DNA of 64,000 bases from contig OZ176051.1 of the NCBI GenBank assembly GCA_964247055.1, positions 12,896,001-12,960,000 of the forward strand, written 5' to 3'. Shown in pieces: positions 26,496-36,400 of this stretch (positions are counted from its first letter, which is position 1; every line of letters begins with the position of its first letter). The stretch is from Paragordius varius (lineage: Eukaryota; Animalia; Nematomorpha). The notes beneath the pieces are model-generated. The model made no database searches and had not been told where the DNA came from. It worked only from the letters and a program-made list of their open reading frames with translations. Position numbers and translations under genes: made by a program.

Positions 26496-26676
26496 GTAAG
26501 TGGTTAATTGATTACATTCATTTTTTCCAGATGGAGCAGTTACTAGTAAATTCATTTTTACTGAATGATCGGTAAAGCCCGAAACCAAAATCACATAAGA
26601 AACCTGATACACATTTTCTATTAAAATACATATAATATTTCATCATGATTTTTTTGTTTGCACTGTACGTGATTTC

Positions 26677-27858
26677 CAGGGGTGTCCAACACAAACTGCC
26701 GGGCGGCATTTTTGATGTAAAAAAAATAAATTTAAAGCTTTTCAAATAAAATTTTTAATAAATAGTCAGCATCACAAAAGTATTATTTGTTCCTATTTCT
26801 AACATTTGTCAAAGTTTAATGGTAAACGTACAAATTTAAGTTTTAGATAATGCGATTATTGAGTTCACATAAAAAATAAATAGTAATATAATTTCAATTT
26901 GCGATTTTTCATTATGATTACATAAATCACTTCTCTTAATCTCATTCTATAGATATTATAGATTAGTAAATTACCAAATAGTGCTTGGAAAGAACTTGCT
27001 TTATCAAAAAGTTTTTGATAAGTCGAGAATATCTGCAGATTTGTGGTAGAATTCTAAGCTACGCTATGAACCTTTAATTTAAATTTTGAGATGATTTATG
27101 GATTGCTGTTTTCCACATGTTTCAAAATACCATAAGGTTCACTTCTTTTACCAAAATATATATTTAAAACAAATGAATCTTTTATTAATATTCCTGTTAA
27201 TGCCAAAATCTAGCATATATTAAAAACCGTGTTTCGGCATTTTGCGTAAATTTTAAGAAAATTAGTCCATTTTAGGCGTGTGCGAAACATTGCGACTTTT
27301 GAAGCCAAGATTTTAATTTTATATTTAAATATATTTTTATGCATTATCCATATTATTTTAATGATTTTTTTGGAATTGGGCAATAGCTATCACCCAAAAT
27401 TTAATTTAGCATAATGTGCACTTATTTTAAATTTTTACCAGATGGGGTCACTAAAATCAATTTTGCTAAATGACCCGTAAAGCCCTAAACCAAAATCATC
27501 ATAAGATACCTGATCGACATTATCTCTTAAAATACATATAATTATTTCAGCATAAATTTTTTGTTTGCATTGTAACCTTTGATGCATTCTAAGGGTGTCC
27601 AAGACAAATGGCATAGCGGGAGGCATACTTAATAAAATTACTAGGCCGTTTTCGCAATAGGTAGGCATTTTTAATAATATATAAGGTTTCAAACGTAAAA
27701 CTGTAAAGTTAAACACAATATAAAAAATTTTACTAGTTTTTGCCAAATAAAAAATATCAATACTTTACAAAGATTTTGTGAAAATATTTTTGCATATTAT
27801 ATATTTCCAAATTTTTCGACCACACATAAACACTCAGAGGACGTGTTAGACACCCCTG
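26677..27858. mobile_element. Non-autonomous hAT element
   Basis: TIRs caggggtgtccaacac / gtgttagacacccctg; flanks gtgatttc / gtttaatc are only a partial 8-bp TSD. The left-end region is duplicated internally at ~27470-27700. Confidence 0.55.
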
Positions 27859-28338
27859 GTTTAATCCTTTAATATCAAAATTTAAGGAGAAAATAATAAA
27901 TTGTTAGGATAAATAATTATTTATTAAAGTTATGATATGATATATAATAGAGGACGGAGGTTTTATTTAAAAATCTTGCAACAAAAAGTATAAATACATA
28001 TATTGCTCAAATGTTTTATGTGACTATAACTGTAAATTGCGTGACCTAATCTATTAAAAATATATAAAATTTAAGAGAAAAAAAATTGTTGTACCTATCA
28101 TTAAGAAAAGATATAAAGATTGCAATAATTGGGTGAAAAAAGAAAATGCCATAATAAATTATTCATCCAAAATTATTAATTTTTAAATACTATATATATA
28201 TCTATAAACTTACAACAATATACATATATAATATAAATATATAATATGCATTGCATAGTTAAATGACCATCTTAAATAATAATTTGTTTATAAACCAATC
28301 GAAAATATTCCATCATTCGTTTTAGAGTATTGAATCAA

Positions 28339-31300
28339 TTACATCAATAAATCAATGTTAATATCAGCTCTGGGATCCCAGCTTAAACGATCCGGTTTCT
28401 CATCTGAATTGGCTGTACTACTAGTTGATGTATATGACGAACTCTCTCCCTCTATTATCAATGATGTTGCAGCATTCGTTGTACAATTTTGGGTAGTTTT
28501 ATTCGCTACTGTACCATTGTTGGTCTCTACAAATCGCCTCATGTCTTTGCCATGTTTTTTGATTCTTAGGGGGGATTGCCCACAATACAGCCCTTCGACA
28601 TGTTGTAAGAGCACCTCGATTTCTGGACTCAAATCGTGTATTTCATTGATATTGTGGTCATAATTAATCCATTGTTTAGGGTCAGTATCTGTATGGTGGG
28701 AGGAAGATGTTTGATTCAAAAAAGTAGTACCAGAAAATCCCATATTTTTATCTTTTAGGAGGAAGCTATTGTCAACAACCTTAACATGTTGAAATGACGT
28801 TTTAACAGGAATATTATTTGGAGAAAGTTCTGATAAATTTTGTACATTTTCGAGCGAAAGCGAACGTTGTTGATGAAATTGCTTTTTTGTTGCATGTTGT
28901 GAACTACGAGTATTAATGATTTGTTTGAACTGATTAAAGGTAGGACCGTATGGTGATGGTGGTACAATACAAGTTTTTTGCCGTCGAAATTCAAGATTTG
29001 CTTTATGATTTACATTGGCATTGTTGGTCTTAATATTTGTATCGCAGCACAAATTTTTGTCCAAAAATTGTCGATAATCAATCCAATTATCAATGGGATC
29101 TTCCAAGGCCAACTCTTTCATGACATAATTTTCAAGTGTTATGTTTCTATGGTCATGATCAATTTTTCTTTCATCAACATTATGATTATCAAGAATAATG
29201 GCATCTAGGAATTCATATGCCGGACTATTAAATATAGTAGAAGCACTTTGATTAGTATGTTGTTTGTGGCTATGATCGATGCTGCTTTTTTTGCAATTTT
29301 CACTTTTTGTTGATGTGGAAATCTATCAAAATAGTTTAGAGAACGGTTAAATAATTAGAGTATATGGATGGACATTGATGTTGATCAATTTACATTAATG
29401 TTTGACATCAGGAAATAAAATAGCGTATGTATGGGTAAAAAACAGCAATTGGTTGAAATTACAATCATTTTCCTATCCTACACAACATTAAATGGGTTTA
29501 CTTAATTATTATTATGGACAGATTTTGTGTTTTATATCATACGATACTGTTTTATTACCAATTGTCCAACACTTATAATGTAAATTGAACATTGTTACAG
29601 TAAAAATTGAAATTATACGGACGAAGAATAAAAATATAAAGACAAATATCTTTTTTAAAAAGACAGCTTTTAATTTTTTTATAATTATTGTATAAAATTG
29701 TAAAGCATGAAATTAAATTAATTACATATTTTACAATTGTAACTTGATGGTTTTTTGACTTCATGTATGAAGGTAACCATACAGTCTTATTCCAAAGATC
29801 CTTATCTAGACATTTGGTAATGTCGAGGTTTAGTATTTTTATATCATTTTGTATATTGTCGTTCCTGGAATGTGTTAGGCGCCCTTTGCGGTTGTTACTA
29901 AAGGGTTGTATGTGCCTAATGGTTTGGAGTGGATGGTCGGTTTGTCTTTTTTCAATGTGACCCAAGTATTTAAGCCTGCTTCTTTGTATAAACCTTTCTA
30001 CTGTGTCATTTTTATAAGAGGAATATTGTAGTCAGACAGGAAGCTTTAAATTTTGTTTTCCGTATTTATTGTCAAGATTTGTTTTGTTTAGAGGCCATGT
30101 TACGGTGGAGTAAGTAAGAGCTGGCATGACTTCTGCTTTGTATAGTAGCCATTTATTAATGTTAAATACATTTTTATTTTTAAGGACAAATTTTAGAGTT
30201 AACTTTACCCCACGCTTGTTGAATTTGTTTCCTTATTGCTCCAGTTATATGGCCTTTAGAGTCTATGACGTCTCCTAGATAGGTAAACTGATCCACTTTT
30301 TCTATTGAATTATCGCCGATTGTCACATATGTCGAGCGTTGAGTTGGATTGTTGTTTTTACAGTGGTTACATTTAAAGTTTATTTGTTCGTTTAGTTTGC
30401 CATTAATTTTGGAGCATTGTTTGTAAACCCAGAATTTGAATTTGTTGCATTTTATGGAATTTGTTTTGACTTCCTTGTCGCAGATAGCGCATGGATATTT
30501 TGGGCGCTGTATACGATCTCCTGATATCATTGTTTTATTAATATTTATTTTCAGCTCATGGTTGTTTAGGCATTTTCATGTTCTAAATTTATTTGACATA
30601 TTTTCAAGTGAAATATCTGTAGAACAATGTCATCCGCGAAGATTAACTCCCAAGGCGGTTGGGAAGATATGTTTTTTGTGATACAGTCCAATGTTATAAT
30701 GAATAGTAAACCTTGGTGTAGGCAGTGTTTGTTTTAAAAAGTTCAGTGTCTCCTATTGTGCATTGTGATTGTATTTTCATAAAGAAGTAGTATTATTTCT
30801 ATTAGATATTTTTAAACATATTTTTGTCTTAGGGCCCATATGATTGTTGCTCTAGGGATATTATCAAAAGCTTTCTCCAGGTCTAGAAAGTTGTGGAAAA
30901 GTTTTTGATTTTTTGGAATATATTTTTCTTGTAATTGCCTGATGATGAATATGGCATCTGTAGTGCTGTGTTCTTTACGAAATGCAAACTGATTATTCGT
31001 TATTGAAATGGTTTGTCTAAGTCGGTTGTCAATGATGCTTTCAAATATTTTGAAAGTGTGTTCAAGAAGTTTTAAGGGGCGGTATGAGGAGCAGACAAGA
31101 CGATCCCCCTTTTTTTATATATAGGGATTGTTATACTTTTATTCCAGTCATGGAGAATTTTACGTTTGGTAATAATTTCAAAAAAAAGTTGTAAGGTAGT
31201 TGTTAAGCATGGTTTCGGTTTTAGAAGATCAACTGATAGTTCGCTTGCACCTGACGACTTGTTTGGTTTCATTTTTTGCATTGCTTTTACTAATTCGTTT

Positions 31301-34300
31301 TCTGTGATTTCGTGGATGGGTCCGCTGGGTGGTTTTAATGTTAGAGGGACTTTTAAATTGTTGGTTTGGTTCATGGATTCTTCCAAGCTTTCTTTCCATA
31401 TCTTAATTACACTTTCTGGTTTAGAGTTTATCTTATTCATATAGTTTTCGATACATTTAGTTTTAATGATATCTTGTCTGTTTGAATTTATGTTCTTTAT
31501 GTATTTAAAGATTTTTTTATTTTTAACTTGGTCCTCAAGTTTAGTCGCCAGTTTAAGGTTTTTTCGTTTATAGTTTTTCTATTTCTGCGCTTTGTGTTTT
31601 GCAATAAGGTATGTTTGTCTGTTTTTATCATTGCTATCCCTTTTCCATGCTTTGAAGGCGCCATTTTTTTCTTTAGTAACCTCTTGCAATTTTTTTACAA
31701 CCAATTTTTCGTTTTTTAATGTATGGCTATCTGCTGTTTTAACTATTGTTTTTAAGTTATCCCATCTTGAACCAATGGTTTCAGTATTTGCTGGAGCTTT
31801 TCGGAGGATGCTTGGTTGATGTATTTGTTCCTGATTGTTTGATTTTGTAGTTTGCTGTGGTTAATTTTGGCTGGTCTTTGAAAGGACTGCTATCAGAATT
31901 TTGTGTTGTGTGAAGCTTGTTTGGTGAGTTTTAATGTTAACTAATTGTGGCCGTTTTATTTTAGGCAAAAGGATGTAATCTATCATGGTAGAAGTGTTTG
32001 CTGTTTGAAAAGTGGTAAGTTGATTGTGGTTTTTTGTGAAGTATGTGTTGGTTATGATTAGTTGGTTTGCTTGGCAATATTCTAACATATGTTCTCCCAT
32101 CTTGTCAGTACTGCCATAGTTTCCGCCATGAACTTCCCTAAAATCGTGTTCATTATTACTAATGTGACTGTTAAAGTCACCTCCTAAGAAGATGGATTGG
32201 CCTGGTATTGTATAGACATTGGAGATCTGTCAAATATTGTTGTTTAATTTCGTCTTTTAAACCTGGTTGGGGCACATATATCGATATTATATTTAGGATA
32301 GTCATCGTGCACAACCTCAAGCTGTATAATTCTTTCACTGTGTCTGTTACTTGGATAACATTCTCGCAAAGACGGTTTATAATCGCTATCACTACACCAG
32401 CCTGACCATTTTCTTGTCCTTGATAGTAGATTGTGTAATTATTCGTGGTAACTAAGTTATCTCTTTTTAATCTGGTTTCCTGTAAGCAGCCGATGTCAAC
32501 ATTCTTAGATTCGAGAAAATTAATTATCATGTGTAGTTTTACATTTAAAGTACCGATGTTACAGATGCAAATTTAAATGTGTTGAGATTATTCATAATTC
32601 AGGTGTCATGTTATTATAGTTGTTATATCGGTTTATTATTATAATTATTCGGTATTGTAATCGTTATGATGAAATAAGAAGTAATAAATTAATTGGTAGG
32701 AGTTTGTAATTATTGGTATATAATGATAATATAAAGAAAAAGAAGTAAGATATAAAATATGTTATTGTTATGATAGTAGGTAGAAGTTTTTAAAAATGTA
32801 ATATTAATTTTTATTATCGTTTCGTTAGAAAGTTAGCAGTTTCTGAACAAGATGTGTTCATGGTGTATAGGTTGAGGCGAGGTTTTTACCTTTCCCATGC
32901 CCTTGTGAAAAAACTCCTTACGGAGTAGATGTTTTTTGCAGAACATCCAAAACTGGCCTCTGCTGTTCGTTCACCAAAGGTGATCCGACCAACACCGCGG
33001 GGAGGTAGCAGTAGGACTTTGTTGGCCACTAATGTAACTATATAATATATATAAGGTTTAAAAGTATGGATAAAAAAATATTTGTCTTTATATTTTAACG
33101 TTTTGTCCCGATATCAGTTTTTATTGTAACATACTATAATGATCGTCAACCCCCCCCCCCCCCAAAAAAAAAAATTAATCCATAAAAATTTTTTACCGTA
33201 AGGGTTGACAAATTTGCTTGTCGCAATAATCGATTGTGAGCGAAATTGTTGGAAGAAGGCATTGATTTAATTGCAGTTGATGATGGTATAAAAACTAATT
33301 AATTGTGTAGGGTTAAAAAATCGTAAATAATGAATATTAGCTGATATTTAAAAGAATGTCTTAGCGGGCCGTATTTTTAACATTAATGAAATATCAACCT
33401 GGGCTTTTATAAATATTTGATATTAAATTTTAACAATAAATCATTATTTATTAAAACATTGTTTGCTAATTTCATTGCCGAAATTCGGAAAGAGAATTTT
33501 AGTCAGAATTTAGTAATATTAAATCTACTTTGATTATTATTGTAAATTGCCTTTTTTTATATTTAATAAAATAGTATATTTTATAATTTTTAAATAAATT
33601 TCTCACAGGTTACATAATAAGGGGTCGTGTGTTAAACACCCCGGCTCTAAAAAAATATTATCGAAAAAAACATGACAAAAATATACCATTTGTAGTTTTT
33701 TCTATCCCGTTCTCCTCTGATAGATGAGGTGTTTTTTTTAAATTCCTTTTACGTCGATTTTTATTTGTGGGATATATTTTGCTTTTACTTCGTAACGATT
33801 GTTCATGGTTGCATTTGCCATTTTGTGTTAATGATGAGATATGGTCCGTATTTTCTTGCAAAATTATAGGATTATTTTCATTTTTATGTAATAAATGCCC
33901 ATTTTTTGAAAACTTCCCACGGCCATCCCTATGATCATTATCGAATCGAATTGGATCGTATAAAAAGTTTTGTGGTGATTCCATAGCAAAATTTGTATTA
34001 GCTTGTCCAATTGTTTGTTGGGATGCCATATTATTCTGATGTTTTACATATAACACAATTTTATCGAGATAGAAACTCAAAATCACAGTATAATAATAAG
34101 TTGGTTTTTTTAAAAAAATTACGCATAAAATTCATTGAGTTAGTGGTCAAACGATTGAAAAGTATGCCATGTGTAGTCATAAATCTCTGTACCGATTTGT
34201 AAGTAAAAAAATATGTAATTTTAAAAAGACATATATCGTTTCAAAATAATATTATAGGGTCTATGGTTTAATAAATGTGTCGTGTAATTAGCAAGATAAC

Positions 34301-36230
34301 TATTATATTATATTGTGGTATGTTGCCGTTTTGCCATTTATTAAAACTAAATCAACGGCAATTAGCATTATATGATAAAATTAAAATTAGTATTTTATAA
34401 CTAATATGAAATTTTTGGATAAGGTTTTAATAATATAACAATGCTGAAATGACATTATTTTAGGATCCGCACATTTAGCTTAAATTATATCCAGAAATAA
34501 GCATATCAATTTTCTAGCTTTGAAACATTCAATAATACAAATTTAATTTTTATCTAAATTGGATATAGAAAGATGTGTTAAAAAATTATAATCTATTCAA
34601 TCCATATAGAAAAAAGGGCTTATTAATATGTAAAATATACAGTAAGTTAAAATTAAAATTATACAGACAAAATGTATAAACCTAAAGAGAAAAGTTTCCT
34701 TAAAGAAAAGTGAGCTATAATTTGTTAAGTCTTAATTATGCCTATATAAACTATTTAGTTCACTTAAGTTAAATATCTTTTCTTCTTTGAAATAAAACAA
34801 TACGTTATATCTAGCCAAGTTTAAAAAGTATAGTGGTCTATTAAAAAATTGTCATTATGCTTTTACATTTTTTCTGTATAATAATCTCAATTTTTACTGT
34901 AAAAAATCTTAGATAGGGAGAACAGAAATGAATATGGAGCTCAAAAAACTGATTGATATACCTTCATAGGTATTGATTGTTTTGATTGTATGGAAAAATT
35001 AGTTTTTTCTTGATTACGAGGTAGTTTATTATTTTTATTATTATGTGGATTGTTCATTTTGGTTTTATTAGAGCTTTTTTGATTGTTTGCGTAAAACGAA
35101 TCCCTTTTAACTCGATTAAAATGACTAGGAAAATTAATTTTATTGTTGTTGTATGGTAACGTGGTTTCTGACGCATCCTTTATGAAATCTTGGAGAGCTT
35201 CCCCTTTAGGCCATCGTTCTAAATACATAAAAATATATTCACCATTTACAATTCAAATTCACCCTTGAACAATTCAAATTCACCCTTGAACAATTCAAAT
35301 TCACCCTCGACCTTTTCAAATTCATCCTAAAAATAAATTATGTATTTTCGAACTAATATATATTATCATTAAAAAAATATTCTTATGGTATAGTTTATTT
35401 TTTCAGTATTATATTAATTTTAAACGTAATTTCATTTTTTTAAATATAAAAAAATATAGGTAATTTTTAATTTTAAAAATATATAATTTATTTTAGGGTG
35501 AATATGAATTGTTCAAGGGTGAATTCGTGAATTTAAATTGTTTAAGAGTGAATTAGAACTATAAATGATATATAAATATATAAACAGATATACTACCAGC
35601 AAAAAGTCAAAAATAGTAATTCTAGATGACAAAAGCAAAATCTATACAAGTTTTGCACTTAAAAAATAGAAAATTATTTTTTATTTTTTTATATTGGCCC
35701 ATATTAGATTATATGGGAAATATCATACATCTGAAAATGGGTTAATTTTAGATTTTTATCTTTTATTTTTATGATTTTAATTAAACTTAAATTACCAAAC
35801 GATTTATAAAAAATGCTAAAATCATTTTTAAAAACTTTAATTATATTATTGTTTTCATAAAAAAATAAAAAAAAATAAAACTACTTTCATGGTATATTTT
35901 ATTAATAAACCTTTATTATTCACTTCAATCTGTTTCACATTAGTATATTGTGTTCTCCTGCTATTTTTTATCGAGTGAGATAAATCTTGAAAATTTGCTT
36001 TTTCTTTCATTGCATTTGATTCATCCTGATTAACCACCTAGGTATAAAAAATAAAAAATGTAAAATTATAGGTCTCACGCTGTGATTGATAATAACACAT
36101 TTTTGGAATTTATAAAAAAATCATAGGTGTTGTTAAAATAGGTATAAAAAATTACAATGGTCCTTCGTTCAATTTCACGGTTTAATTTGGCCATCAAAAG
36201 AAATTTTTGATCCAAACTTTTATCATTCAT
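28339..36230 (-). CDS. Six-exon orphan protein (~629 aa), N/S/T/H/Q-rich and probably largely disordered
   Basis: Exons 36230-36156 (ATG, MNDKSLDQKFLLMAKLNREIERRTI), 36037-35911, 35218-34962, 34035-33687, 33294-33197 and 29322-28339 (stop). All GT-AG; phases 0,1,0,1,0 join into one open 1890-nt frame. Ends ...DRLSWDPRADINIDLLM. No family recognised. Confidence 0.75.
29745..33027 (-). mobile_element. Full-length (decayed) RTE-like LINE, 3283 bp, with 5' HDV-like ribozyme, inserted into a MITE family A copy
   Basis: APE (IGCLQETRL, IYVPQ, TMIDYIL), RT, PHD-like finger and C-terminal GRP motif, in order. Imperfect 12-bp TSD acaattgtaact (29733-44) / actaatgtaact (33028-39). MITE A ends flank it at ~29596 and ~33130. 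Confidence 0.9.
32960..33027 (-). ncRNA. HDV-like self-cleaving ribozyme
   Basis: GGCCAAC(P1) AAAGUCCUA CUGCU(P2) ACC(P3) UCCCCGC(L3) GGU GUUGGUC(P1') GG AUCACC-UUU-GGUGAA(P4) CGAAC AGCAG(P2'). Complete nested double pseudoknot; G1 sits exactly at the LINE 5' end next to the TSD. Confidence 0.92.
35236..35572. mobile_element. MITE family B (TIRs built from 21-bp aattcaaattcacccttgaac subrepeats)
   Basis: Left ataccatttac.. and right ..gtaaatggtatat type ends. Further copies at 47481-47677 and 49381-49650, and split halves at ~44070-44130 and ~46500-46625. Confidence 0.75.
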
Positions 36231-36400
36231 CGTATTTTATATGAATCAAATACACATATAGTTAAATCTTGCACATTGCTAATAATAAAATATAAACCAA
36301 AATTTACCTCTCTCAGAATAAATTGGTGAAAAACTGCATGTGTTTAAAGGAGAAAATGCGTTTTTAAGTTTCACATCACATGGTATAAAACAATACTGAT
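36231..36400. promoter_or_regulatory. Compact bidirectional promoter / overlapping 5' UTR region between the orphan gene and CYP51
   Basis: Only 170 nt separate the two divergent start codons (36230 minus, 36401 plus). Confidence 0.55.

Larger units (their letters stand above)
20774..26602. repeat. 5.8-kb palindrome: ~2.65-kb inverted arms (20774-~23420 / ~23955-26602) around a ~530-bp spacer
   Basis: Mirror-image ORFs (21124-21363 + / 26010-26252 -; 21424-21774 - / 25599-25949 +; 22230-22478 + / 24906-25154 -) and direct base-level matching of the arms. Confidence 0.95.

Noticed and set aside
26496-26530. Perfect-looking 35-nt mini-intron (gtaagt...ttttttccag), mirrored at ~20845-20880
   Set aside because: No open frame upstream in any phase and only a 14-codon frame downstream; no gene context.
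33150-33174. C14-A11 homopolymer (G-run on the transcribed strand) near the donor at 33196
   Set aside because: Simple homopolymer of error-prone length; no evidence of function.
35241-35330. 21-bp direct repeats resembling a CRISPR-like array
   Set aside because: No spacers, eukaryotic context; they are subrepeats in MITE family B TIRs.
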